Source: Nannocystis bainbridge (GTDB lineage: Bacteria; Myxococcota_A; Polyangia; Nannocystales; Nannocystaceae). From it: DNA of 64,000 nt. Position 1 is the stretch's first letter; every line of letters starts with the position of its first letter. The position numbers and the translations under genes were made by a program. The stretch lies in NCBI RefSeq assembly GCF_028368995.1, contig NZ_JAQNDL010000002.1, forward strand, positions 992,001 through 1,056,000, written 5' to 3'. The notes beneath the pieces are model-generated. The model was not told the DNA's origin. It searched no databases and was given only the letters and a program-made list of their open reading frames with translations. This document shows positions 44,051-53,454 of the stretch, piece after piece.

Positions 44051-44227
44051 ACAGGAACGAAGGGACATGTCCCTTCGTTCCTGTTCGACGTCCGGCCGGG
44101 TGCAGAAGCTCTGTTGCCCCAGGATCTCGCCCGTTAACGCCGAAACGGAGGGACATGTCCCTCCGTTCCTGTCTCAAAGGTACTGGTCGTCAGTACCTGG
44201 CTCTCGGCACCTGGCTCTCGGTACCTG
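44051..44227. repeat. Perfect 34-bp and 24-bp palindromes plus a phased 14-bp array between convergent genes
   Basis: ACAGGAACGAAGGGACATGTCCCTTCGTTCCTGT (44051-44084); AACGGAGGGACATGTCCCTCCGTT (44144-44167); further cores at 44168, 44182, 44196, 44210 and 44224. Confidence 0.9.
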
Positions 44228-44253
44228 GCTCTTCGCTCACGCGGGGCCGCGGC

Positions 44254-44823
44254 TCAGTCGAGGCCGCGGGTCATGCTGTGCGGGTTGGTGGCGTGGACCA
44301 GCTCGACGCGGCTGTGGACGCCGATCCGGCGGTAGATCTGGCGCACGTAGGTCCGCACGGTGCTGAACGACAGGCCGGTGCGGGTGGCGATCTGCTTGTC
44401 GGTGCAGCCCGAGATGACGAGGCGGGCGATCTTGGCGAGGCGCGGCGGGAGCTGCGGCTCGGGGGCGGAGCTCTGGGTCTCCATCGCCATGTCCGGGATC
44501 GCCAGGGTGTAGACCTGACCCTCGGCCTGGATGGTCGCACGACGCGGCCAGTCCTTCGGGTCAGCCGGGGCGGCGGGCTCCGGATCGCCCGGCTTGCGAT
44601 CGAGGGCGCGCATCGCGGGGGCGTTCATACAGAGGATGGCCCCCTGCTCGGTGAGCACGACGGCCGGACGGCGGTAACCATGGACCATCTCGGTCAGGAC
44701 CGAGACCATGGACACGGCGCGCGTCTCCTTGGCGTCGACCTCGGGTTGGCCTTTGGACCAGGAGTTGGCTGCGCCGCGCGCGGCGGTGTCCACAGTGCTT
44801 GAATGGGTGCTATCGAGCTGCAT
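44254..44823 (-). CDS. LuxR-type helix-turn-helix regulator with a PAS-like N-terminal fragment
   Basis: LPPRLAKIARLVISGCTDKQIATRTGLSFSTVRTYVRQIYRRIGVHSRVEL; start uncertain. Confidence 0.85.
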   Translation of the reverse strand: MQLDSTHSSTVDTAARGAANSWSKGQPEVDAKETRAVSMVSVLTEMVHGYRRPAVVLTEQGAILCMNAPAMRALDRKPGDPEPAAPADPKDWPRRATIQAEGQVYTLAIPDMAMETQSSAPEPQLPPRLAKIARLVISGCTDKQIATRTGLSFSTVRTYVRQIYRRIGVHSRVELVHATNPHSMTRGLD

Positions 44824-45076
44824 ACCAGGTTCCGCGTGAGTGACTCGAAGGTGAAAGACTTCGGGGCCCGCTGCCCCGTCGTTCGGCCGAGGTAGTGCAC
44901 GCGGCGATCCAGTCGATCCCACTTTCTTTTGAAAACGCCTCAGGACGCAGAACTGGCCGAAATACCTGGTGGGCACGCGTGGACCGGGTCGTTCCGGGTC
45001 GAGAACGCGGTGAACCTGCCACCTCCAACATGCCTCGTGAATCCGCCTCCGGCCGCGCCCGGAGACAGGCTCACGG

Positions 45077-45691
45077 TCACTCGCCCGACAACTGTGCCCG
45101 CAACGATCGGACCCAGCCGTCCAGGTCGCTGAAGGTGGCACGCAGCAGCTCGGGGGTCCGCGCCAGGCTGCTCATCTTGTCGGCCAGCGCTTCCTTGGCG
45201 CGGCGCAAGCGGCTGCGCACCGTGCCCTCGGGGATGGCCAACACCTGCGCGAGCTCGGGCGCGGCCATGTCCTCCCAGTAATAGAGCTCGAGCACCAATT
45301 GATAGTCGAGCGGGATCCGCCGCAGCGCCTCGAGCAACAGCCGCTGCTCCTCGTGCGCCGCGAACACGGCGCTCGGCGACGGCGTGAGCTCGTCGGTCGA
45401 TGTCTCGCTGAGGTCGGAGGCCAGGCCCTCGCGCCGCCGCTCGCGGAAGTGGGCCCGCAAGATGTTGTGGGCCACCGCGAACAAGTAGGTGCGAAAGCTC
45501 GACTGCTTCTGGAACCGGTCGCGCGCCTCGACACAGCCCAGGAAGGTCTTCTGGATCAGGTCGTCGACGCCGTGCGTGACCTTGTTGGCGAAGAAGCGAC
45601 AGACCGCGTCGAAGTGGCGCTCGAAGAGCGCATTGCCGGCCTCGCGGTCGCCGGTCCGCCAGGCATCCAGGAGCTCGAAATCCGTCGCCAC
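45077..45691 (-). CDS. ECF-type RNA polymerase sigma factor
   Basis: DFELLDAWRTGDREAGNALFERH, DDLIQKTF, SSFRTYLFAVAHN (sigma2); LELYYWEDM...ELAQVLAIPEGTVRSRLRRAK (sigma4). Confidence 0.92.
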   Translation of the reverse strand: MATDFELLDAWRTGDREAGNALFERHFDAVCRFFANKVTHGVDDLIQKTFLGCVEARDRFQKQSSFRTYLFAVAHNILRAHFRERRREGLASDLSETSTDELTPSPSAVFAAHEEQRLLLEALRRIPLDYQLVLELYYWEDMAAPELAQVLAIPEGTVRSRLRRAKEALADKMSSLARTPELLRATFSDLDGWVRSLRAQLSGE

Positions 45692-45754
45692 GTGGCCTAC
45701 GTGATCACTTCTATCACCGCCACCGCCGGAGTTGAAGCCATGGTAAGGTGAACC

Positions 45755-48208
45755 GTGCAGCGGGGTGGGTCGGGCGCAGACACGCTGGACGAGCAGATCC
45801 AAGCCGCTCGCGTGTTCGCGCCCGGGCTGGAGATCCAGCAGATCAAGTCGTCGGTGCGCGCGCGCCTGTTCGGGACCTTCGACGGCGCGCCGACCCTGGG
45901 CGGCTACACGCTGCGGCGAATGATCGGCCGCGGCGGCACGGGAGCGGTGTTCGAGGCCGTCGGACGCGACGGCGAGACGGTCGCGCTCAAGGTCCTCCGC
46001 GGCTTCGAGCCGGCCGCCCTCTACCGCTTCAAGCTCGAATTCCGGGCGCTGGCCGACATTTCGCACCCGAACCTGTCGCTGCTCCACCACCTCGTGGTCC
46101 GCGGCGATCAGGCATTCTTGACGATGGAGCTGGTCGACGGGGTCGATTTCCTGTCGTACGTGCGCCAGCACCCCGTGCGCCTGCGAGCGTGCCTCGCGCA
46201 ACTGACCGCGGGCCTCGATGCCCTGCACGCGGCCGGCAAGCTCCACCGTGACATCAAGCCGTCGAACGTGCTGGTGACGCGCGAAGGCCGGGTGGTGATC
46301 CTCGACTTCGGGCTGGTCCACGAGCTGACCGCAGGTCGCGGGCTCGAGGTGGTCGGGACGCCCGCCTACATGGCGCCCGAGCACGTGCGCGCCGCGACGC
46401 CGACGCCGGCGTGCGACTGGTACTCGGTCGGGGTGATGCTGTTCGAGGCGATGACAGGCGAGCTGCCGTTCGCGGGTCCGATGGACGAGGTCCTGCGCGA
46501 CAAGTGCGAGCGCGTGGCGCCCCCGGCGCTCGGAGCCGCGGCAGAACCGCCGCTTGCGGCGCTGTGCGCGGCGCTCCTGGAGCGTGAGCCGTTGCGTCGC
46601 GCGGGTGGGGCGGAGATCGCTGCGGTGCTCCGCGAGCCGGAAAATCCGCGGCCGTGGCGAGCGCACGCCCCGCCGCAACAGCGCGGTCCGGCGTCGATCA
46701 GCCCCGGCGGTCTGATCGGTCGCGACGTGCCGTACGCGGCCATCACCGCGGCGTTGATGGAGAGCCGCAAGCGCTCGGTGGTGACGCTGCTGCGCGGGCG
46801 ATCGGGGCTCGGCAAGTCGGCGCTGCTGCGCTCGTTCGCCGAGGCAGCGCAGGCGGGCCTGGCCGGCATCGACGCGCCGGCGATGGTGCTCGCGGGCCGC
46901 TGTTACGAGCGCGAGCAGGTGCCGTTCAACGCGTTCGACAGCGTGATCGATGCGCTCACCGGGCTGCTGCTCGGCGTGGGGTCGGCGGAGCTGGCGACGC
47001 TGGTGCCGCCCGACATCGCCGCGGTGGCCCGGCTGTTCCCGGTGCTGCGCCGCGTGACGACGATCGCCGAGGCGTGCCCGCCGGGGCCGGCGGGCGATGT
47101 CGACGCGGCGTCGCTGCGCCACGCATCGGCTGTCCTTCGGGACATGTTCCGAAGGATCGCCGATCGGATCCCGCTGGTGGTGATGGTCGACGACGTGCAG
47201 TGGGGCGACAGCGACAGCGCGTCGCTGCTGGTCGAGCTGCTGCGCGGCCCCGACGCGCCGCGCTGCCTGGTGGTGCTGGCGGCCAGCGAGGGCGAGGCGC
47301 TGCAGAGCGCGGACATGACGGCGCTGGTCGAGCGGCTGCGCGCGAACGGGCCGGTGCTCGAGCTGGGGCTCGAGCCGCTGCGCACGCACGAGGCGACGGC
47401 GCTGGCCGAGCTGCTGCTGCGCCGCGGTCCGGTCGAGCTCGAGGGCGAGGCGCTGCAGGCCCGCGCGGTCGCCATCGCGGGCGAGGCCGGCGGGGTGCCG
47501 CTGTTCGTCCGCGAGCTGGCGCACCATGTCCGAACGAACATGGTCGAAGGGACAGAGCTCGGCGACGTCCGGCTCGAGGCGGTGGTGGCCGAGCGCGTGG
47601 ACCGACTGCCGGCGGCGGCCCGCGAGATGCTGGCGGCTGTGATCGTGGCCGGGCGGCCGCTCGAGTTCGAGATCGCTACGGCGCTGTCCGGCGGCGGCCG
47701 GCGCGATCTGCAACTGCTGCGGGTGGCGCACCTGGTCCGCGTCAGCAAGGCGCCGCGCGGCGAACTGGTCGAGGCCTATCACGACCGCATCCGCCGGGCG
47801 GTGCTGGCCGGGGTGCGCGACGACAAGGCGCGGACGATCCACGGCCGGATCGCGGAGCAGCTGTTCGCCCGCGCCGGGGTGCCGCCGGAGCTGCTGGCCG
47901 ACCACCTGCGCGCCGCCGGCGACCGCGGGCGCGCGGCCGAGGTCACGCGCCTGGCCGCCCAGCACGCCGCCGAGGCGCTGGCGTTCCGCCGCGCGGCGGA
48001 GCTGTACCGCGACGCGGCGGCGCTGCTGCCGATCGAGGACGTCGGCGGTCGCAGTGAGGCGTTGGCGCGCGCCGGCGAAGCGCTGGCGGCCGCTGGGCGC
48101 GGTTCGGAGGCCGCCGAGTGTCTGCTCGCCGCCGCCGCGCTGGCGCCCGAGGTGGTGGCGCTGGCGCTGCGAGAGCGGGCCGAAGAGGCGCTCCGCTCGG
48201 GCGAGTGA
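45755..48208 (+). CDS. Ser/Thr protein kinase fused to a STAND-like AAA ATPase and helical repeats
   Basis: IGRGGTGAV, VALK, HRDIKPSN, DFG, GTPAYMAPE, DWYSVG; Walker A GRSGLGKS, Walker B VVMVDDVQWGD, GGVPLF. Confidence 0.92.
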   Translation: MQRGGSGADTLDEQIQAARVFAPGLEIQQIKSSVRARLFGTFDGAPTLGGYTLRRMIGRGGTGAVFEAVGRDGETVALKVLRGFEPAALYRFKLEFRALADISHPNLSLLHHLVVRGDQAFLTMELVDGVDFLSYVRQHPVRLRACLAQLTAGLDALHAAGKLHRDIKPSNVLVTREGRVVILDFGLVHELTAGRGLEVVGTPAYMAPEHVRAATPTPACDWYSVGVMLFEAMTGELPFAGPMDEVLRDKCERVAPPALGAAAEPPLAALCAALLEREPLRRAGGAEIAAVLREPENPRPWRAHAPPQQRGPASISPGGLIGRDVPYAAITAALMESRKRSVVTLLRGRSGLGKSALLRSFAEAAQAGLAGIDAPAMVLAGRCYEREQVPFNAFDSVIDALTGLLLGVGSAELATLVPPDIAAVARLFPVLRRVTTIAEACPPGPAGDVDAASLRHASAVLRDMFRRIADRIPLVVMVDDVQWGDSDSASLLVELLRGPDAPRCLVVLAASEGEALQSADMTALVERLRANGPVLELGLEPLRTHEATALAELLLRRGPVELEGEALQARAVAIAGEAGGVPLFVRELAHHVRTNMVEGTELGDVRLEAVVAERVDRLPAAAREMLAAVIVAGRPLEFEIATALSGGGRRDLQLLRVAHLVRVSKAPRGELVEAYHDRIRRAVLAGVRDDKARTIHGRIAEQLFARAGVPPELLADHLRAAGDRGRAAEVTRLAAQHAAEALAFRRAAELYRDAAALLPIEDVGGRSEALARAGEALAAAGRGSEAAECLLAAAALAPEVVALALRERAEEALRSGE

Positions 48209-48592
48209 GCGGCAGGTCGGTCGAAGCGGCGCGAGCAGCCTGCATCGGCGGTGTGTCGGGTCGCCGTCGCGGCGGTCCTCGTGGTGCCGACCGGTCGGCC
48301 TCGGCGGACGGGCAGCGGGTGCGAGACAGGCGAGGCTTTGGGGCGACGTGGGCGCGACGGCTGCTCGGCGAGCGACTCGCGGCGCCGGGCTGTGATGGAA
48401 GGAGAGTGCGGGGCTCGAGTGCCGCGCACGCGGTCGCGGTGAGATGGCGGTTCGGACATGTCCTGAAGGTCATGTCATCGCTGCCGCGTCGGGCTCGTCG
48501 GCGCGCGCCTGGCCGGGGCCGGCCGGGATCGGCGCGCGGCCGGGGCGGCGCGGGGTCTTGCGCGAGGGCCGGCGATCGTTCACCCTCCGCGC

Positions 48593-49024
48593 GTGATCGA
48601 AGGGCCGCTCATCGCCGAGCCTGGACTGCGGGTGCCCGTGTGGGCGCTGCGGTGGAAGGCCGTGCGCTCGGGCGGGCCCGGCGGGCAAAACGTCAACAAG
48701 GTGGCGTCCAAGGTCGAGCTGCGGGTGACGATCGCGTGCATCGAGGGGCTGACCGAACAGGCGGGGGCCCGCCTGCGCGCGCTGGCGAAGACGCGGCTGG
48801 TCGGCGACGACGAGCTCGTGATCACGTCGGAGCGCACGCGCGATCAGGGCCGCAACCTCGAGGACGCGCTGGCCAAGCTGCGGGTGCTGCTCGAGGCGGC
48901 CCAGCGCCAGCCGAGGCCGCGAAGGCCGACCCGACCGACCCGCGGGTCCGTCGAGCGCCGGCTGTCCGCGAAGCAGCGCCGCGGCGACACCAAGGCGGGC
49001 CGGCGATGGAGCGACGAGGGCTGA
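48593..49024 (+). CDS. arfB: Alternative ribosome-rescue peptidyl-tRNA hydrolase
   Basis: RSGGPGGQNVNKVASKV, R-x-Q-x2-N, basic tail RRPTRPTRGSVERRL. Confidence 0.93.
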   Translation: MIEGPLIAEPGLRVPVWALRWKAVRSGGPGGQNVNKVASKVELRVTIACIEGLTEQAGARLRALAKTRLVGDDELVITSERTRDQGRNLEDALAKLRVLLEAAQRQPRPRRPTRPTRGSVERRLSAKQRRGDTKAGRRWSDEG

Positions 49025-49431
49025 CGGGGGCGCTGGGTTTGCTGCTGGTCGCGGCCGGCTGCGAGCCGCGCATCGAGCTCAAGCCCGGCGATCCGGAGTT
49101 GGTCCGCGCGGCCCGCCAGCTGTTCGACGGCCGCTGCGCCAACTGTCACGGCCCCCGCGGACGCGGCGACGGCCCGGCCGGACGGGCGCTGTCGCCCCGC
49201 CCGCGCGACTTCGGGGACGCGGCCTGGCAGGCCAGCGTCGACGACGCGCGCCTGCGCCAGGTGATCGTCGGCGGCGGCGCGGCGGTCGGCCTCTCGTCCC
49301 ATATGCAGTCGAACCCCGATCTGGCCGACAGCCCGGTGCTGGTGGGGGAGCTGATCCGCATCGTCCGAGCCTGCGCCGAAGGACAGGGCGCGAAGGACAT
49401 GTCCCCGGAGACAGCGAAGCAGGCGCCGTAG
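49006..49431 (+). CDS. Mono-haem c-type cytochrome lipoprotein
   Basis: Lipobox AAGC, CANCHG, GDGPAG...PRPRDF, distal Met (SSHM). Confidence 0.88.
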   Translation: MERRGLTGALGLLLVAAGCEPRIELKPGDPELVRAARQLFDGRCANCHGPRGRGDGPAGRALSPRPRDFGDAAWQASVDDARLRQVIVGGGAAVGLSSHMQSNPDLADSPVLVGELIRIVRACAEGQGAKDMSPETAKQAP

Positions 49432-49536
49432 CGAGGCAAGCTCTGCCGACGAGGCGAGCCATGGAACGTGTCCCTTGCTCATGCGGGCGACATGCCGACG
49501 CGACGCGAGCACGTGTCGCCTGTCCTCCGGGACAGG
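49370..49536. repeat. Phased 14-bp units at the 3' end of the cytochrome gene and in the convergent spacer
   Basis: Cores at 49370, 49384, 49398 and 49412; perfect TGTCCTCCGGGACA at 49521-49534. Confidence 0.75.
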
Positions 49537-49539
49537 TCT

Positions 49540-51351
49540 TCAGACTTTGATCTGGGCCGCGCGGGCGGCCGCGGCGCGGGCGGCCTCGGCGACGGTGCGG
49601 GAGAAGCTGCCCGAGCGGCGCGACAGCGACAGCTCGTGCGGGTCGCTGTAGGGCAGGCGCACGGTGAACATGGTGCCGACGCCGAGCTGCGACTTGACCT
49701 CGATGTTGCCGCCGAGCATGTCGCAGAAGGCCTTGGAGATGGCGAGGCCGAGGCCGGTGCCGCCGAACCGCCGCGAGGTCGTGCTGTCGCCCTGCGAGAA
49801 CGCCTGGAACAGCTTGCCCAGCTGTTGCTGCGTCATGCCGATGCCGGTGTCGGCGACGATGAACTGGATGGCCGGCGTGCCGTCGCGCAGCGTCTTGCTG
49901 GCGGTCAGCCGGATCTCGCCGTGGTCGGTGAACTTGACGGCGTTGCTGAGGAGGTTGAGCAGGATCTGCCGCGTCTTGGTCAGGTCGGCGTGGATGAAGC
50001 CGATGGCGGTCGGGCAGACGACGACGACGCGGTTGTGGCCGCGATCGGCGAGCGGGCGGATGGTGCCGAGCACGGCCTCGACCATGTCGGCGACGTCGAA
50101 GGTCTCGAGGTGGACGTCCATGCGGCCGGCCTCGATCTTGGACAGGTCGAGGATGTCGGAGATGAGGCCGAGCAGGTGCTTGCCGGCGAACTGGATCTTG
50201 CGCAGCTCGTCGATCGAGCCGTCGAGGCCGCGCTCGTCGGACTCCTCCATGAGCATCTCGGCGTAGCCGATGACGGCGTTGAGCGGGGTCCGCAGCTCGT
50301 GCGACATGTTGGCGAGGAAGCGGCTCTTGGCGAGGTTGGCCTCCTCGGCCATCTGCTTGGCCTCGCGCAGCGAGCCCTCGGCGCGCTTGAGGTGGGTGAT
50401 GTCGGAGGCGACGCAGACGGCCCCGATCGGCCGGCCGCGCTCGTCACGCAGGTCGGAGCGGGCGTAGAGCACGGGGATCTCGCGGCCACCAGGGGACCGA
50501 TAGATGCGCTCGACGAGGCCCTGCTGCGGCTCGTGCGGCAGCGGCACCTCGGAGGCGAACTCGGGCAGGAGGATCGAGAACGGCTGGCCGAGCAATTGCT
50601 CGGGCATGGCGTCGAGCAGCTTGAGGGTGGCGCGGTTGACGGTCTGGATCCGGCCGTCGGCGTCGACGACGACCAGGGACTCGGCCATCGAGGCGAGGAT
50701 GTTGTCGGCGTACCGGCGGGCGCGCTGAGCCTCGCCCAAAATCTGCTCGGCACGCACCTCGCCGGCGCGCGCGCGCCCGAGCGCGTCCTGCAAGCTGTGG
50801 ACGGCGAGCGAGAGGAACACGCCGGCAGCGGCGAGGTGGAGCATGCGCGAGAGGTAGGCGCGCGGGCCATCCTCGAGCAGCGCGTCGGGCGGCAAGGCGC
50901 CGCCGACCTCGGCCAGGTAGAGGCCGACCAGCGAGGCGAGGCAGAGGCCGAGGATCGCCAGCAAGGTGCGCCGGCCGAACAACAACATGCCGACGATGAC
51001 GAGGAGGATGAGGCCGCCCAGCGCCGAGCTGCGCAGACCGCCGGTGTAGGCCGCGTGCGCGACCATGGTGCTGCCGGCGAGGCCGAGCAGCGCGTAGCCG
51101 GCGAAGTAGACGTAGCCGTGGTGCAGCAGCGCGAGCAGGGCGAAGCTGAGCGCCGGGAACAGCAGGTCGAGCGGCGAGAAGGCGGCGCCGCGGGTGAACA
51201 TGACGACCTGGACGACCACGCCGAGCATGCCGATCGTGGTGGCGACGACGAGCGCGAGGTGGACGATGCCGGCGACGCGCGTGCGCTCCTCGTCCGCGAA
51301 CCGCGGGCCTTCGAAGAGGCGGCGCAGCCGTTGGAGCGCGGGCGTCGTCAT
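49540..51351 (-). CDS. Membrane sensor histidine kinase (multi-TM, PAS, HisKA, HATPase); paralog 2
   Basis: FLANMSHELRTPLNA, NLLSNAVKFT, DTGIG, GGTGLGL; no receiver domain. Confidence 0.93.
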   Translation of the reverse strand: MTTPALQRLRRLFEGPRFADEERTRVAGIVHLALVVATTIGMLGVVVQVVMFTRGAAFSPLDLLFPALSFALLALLHHGYVYFAGYALLGLAGSTMVAHAAYTGGLRSSALGGLILLVIVGMLLFGRRTLLAILGLCLASLVGLYLAEVGGALPPDALLEDGPRAYLSRMLHLAAAGVFLSLAVHSLQDALGRARAGEVRAEQILGEAQRARRYADNILASMAESLVVVDADGRIQTVNRATLKLLDAMPEQLLGQPFSILLPEFASEVPLPHEPQQGLVERIYRSPGGREIPVLYARSDLRDERGRPIGAVCVASDITHLKRAEGSLREAKQMAEEANLAKSRFLANMSHELRTPLNAVIGYAEMLMEESDERGLDGSIDELRKIQFAGKHLLGLISDILDLSKIEAGRMDVHLETFDVADMVEAVLGTIRPLADRGHNRVVVVCPTAIGFIHADLTKTRQILLNLLSNAVKFTDHGEIRLTASKTLRDGTPAIQFIVADTGIGMTQQQLGKLFQAFSQGDSTTSRRFGGTGLGLAISKAFCDMLGGNIEVKSQLGVGTMFTVRLPYSDPHELSLSRRSGSFSRTVAEAARAAAARAAQIKV

Positions 51352-51419
51352 CGGCTCAAAAATCAACCTACCAGGGCCTGGCGCGCGGTCAAGCGCACGC
51401 GCGGTCGCCGGGGCGAAAA

Positions 51420-53276
51420 TCAGCGCCGGCGTGTAGCCGCATTCTCAGGGGATGGCTGATCGAGCAGGTCGGCGTTCGCAGCGTCGAGCAGGCCGGCTCG
51501 CATCGCGGCGGCCCGCGCGGCGGCGACGACCTCGGCCGGCGCGCCGCGACGACTCGACGACAGCTCGCGCGGGTCCATGTACGGCAGACGCACGGTGAAC
51601 GCCGATCCGACGCCGAGCTGGGACTTGACCTCGATGCTGCCGCCGAGCATCTCGCAGAAGGCCCTGGAGATCGCCAGCCCCAGGCCGGTGCCGCCGAACT
51701 TGCGCGCGGTGCCGCTGTCGCCCTGGGTAAAGGCCTGGAACAGCTGCGAGAGCTGCTTTTGCGTCATGCCGATGCCGGTGTCGGCGACGATGAATTGCAG
51801 CATGCGCGGCAGTTCGAGGCCGACGCGCGCGACGGTGAGACGCACGACTCCCTTGTCGGTGAACTTGGCCGCGTTGCTCAGCAGGTTGATGAGGATCTGC
51901 CGGGTCTTGGTCAGGTCGGCGTGGACGAAGCCGATGTCGCGCGGGCACACGACCTCGAGCTTGTTGCGCGACTTGTCGAGCTGCGGGCGCACGGTGTCGA
52001 GCACGGCCTCGACCATGTCGGCGACGTCGAAGGTCTCGAGGTGGATGTCCATGCGACCGGCCTCGATCTTGGACAGGTCGAGGATGTCGGAGATGAGGCC
52101 GAGCAGGTGCTTGCCGGCGAACTGGATCTTGCGCAGCTCGTCGATGCCGTCGTCGAGGCCGCGCTCGTCGGCCTCTTCCATGAGCATCTCGGCGTAGCCG
52201 ATGACGGCGTTGAGCGGGGTCCGCAGCTCGTGCGACATGTTGGCGAGGAAGCGGCTCTTGGCGAGGTTGGCCTCCTCGGCCAGCTCCTTGGCCTCGCGCA
52301 GCGACGCCTCGGCGCGCTTGAGGTGAGTGATGTCGGAGGCGACACAGACGGCGCCGAGCGGGGTGCCGTCGTCGTCGAAGAGATCGGAGCGGGCGAACAG
52401 CACCGGGATGTCGCGGCCGCCCGGGGTGTGATAGCTGCGCTCGACCAGAGCCGGGCCCTCGCGAGTGCCGCGGCCGCCGTTCTTGGCGGCGCGGAAGCTG
52501 GGGAGGATGGCGGTGAACGGCTTGCCGAGCAGCTTCTCGGGCGGGGCCTCGAGCAGCTGCAAGGTGGCACGATTGACGGTCTGCACGGTGCCCTGGGCGT
52601 CGAGCACGATCAGTGACTCGGCCATCGAGGCGAGGATGTTGTCGGCGTAGCGCCGCGCGCCCTGGGCCTCGAGCAGCAGCGAGGCCGAGCGCAGCTCGCC
52701 GGAGCGGGCCCGGTCGAGCGCGTTGCGCAGGCCCTTGACGGCCATCGAGAGGAACACGCCGCCGGCGCTGAAGTGGATGAGGTGGGCGACGAAGGCCAGC
52801 TCGGGGGTGTCGGGGGTGAGCTGCGGGACGACGACGCCGGTCTGCTCGAGCACGAGGAAGCCGGTGATCGCGGCGGCGCTGAGGCCGATGAACACGAGCA
52901 TCCACACCTGCCGGAACAGCAGGGTGGCGACGATGACGACCAGCATGTAGCCGCCGATGCTCGGGCTGCGCACGGCGCCATGGGTCAGCGAGCCGAAGGT
53001 GACGGCGAGCCACAGGAGGCCGAGGAAGATGGCGGCGGCGACCCGCAACCAGCCGCGATGGACGAGCACCAGCAGGCCGAAGCTGAGCAGGCCGAGGCCG
53101 GGGTAGATGATCAGCGCGGCGGCGCTGTCGACCAGGTACGCCACCTGGACGGCGCCGGCGACGACGCAGATAGCGATGCTGATGACGAGGATCGTGTGCA
53201 GGACACCGGCGACCCGGGCCAGCTCTTCGTCCGCGAACTTCGGCTTCTCAAGCAGTCTGCGCAGCAGCCTCGCCAT
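51420..53276 (-). CDS. Membrane sensor histidine kinase (multi-TM, PAS, HisKA, HATPase); paralog 1
   Basis: Same architecture and motifs as its neighbour; start 53276 or 53309. Confidence 0.93.
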   Translation of the reverse strand: MARLLRRLLEKPKFADEELARVAGVLHTILVISIAICVVAGAVQVAYLVDSAAALIIYPGLGLLSFGLLVLVHRGWLRVAAAIFLGLLWLAVTFGSLTHGAVRSPSIGGYMLVVIVATLLFRQVWMLVFIGLSAAAITGFLVLEQTGVVVPQLTPDTPELAFVAHLIHFSAGGVFLSMAVKGLRNALDRARSGELRSASLLLEAQGARRYADNILASMAESLIVLDAQGTVQTVNRATLQLLEAPPEKLLGKPFTAILPSFRAAKNGGRGTREGPALVERSYHTPGGRDIPVLFARSDLFDDDGTPLGAVCVASDITHLKRAEASLREAKELAEEANLAKSRFLANMSHELRTPLNAVIGYAEMLMEEADERGLDDGIDELRKIQFAGKHLLGLISDILDLSKIEAGRMDIHLETFDVADMVEAVLDTVRPQLDKSRNKLEVVCPRDIGFVHADLTKTRQILINLLSNAAKFTDKGVVRLTVARVGLELPRMLQFIVADTGIGMTQKQLSQLFQAFTQGDSGTARKFGGTGLGLAISRAFCEMLGGSIEVKSQLGVGSAFTVRLPYMDPRELSSSRRGAPAEVVAAARAAAMRAGLLDAANADLLDQPSPENAATRRR

Positions 53277-53454
53277 GTCTCTGCGACGCGCGACCCCCTC
53301 GTCATCCACGCTACGAGCGGCGCCGCAGGGCTGTCAAGGACGGCGCCTGCGGGCGTCCGGGCCCGCGGGTCCGGCGCTCGCCGGGGCGCCGAGCGCGTGG
53401 CGGAGCTGTCCCGAGAACCAGGTTCTTGCGGGCATGTGGGTCGGCGCCGTCGGC

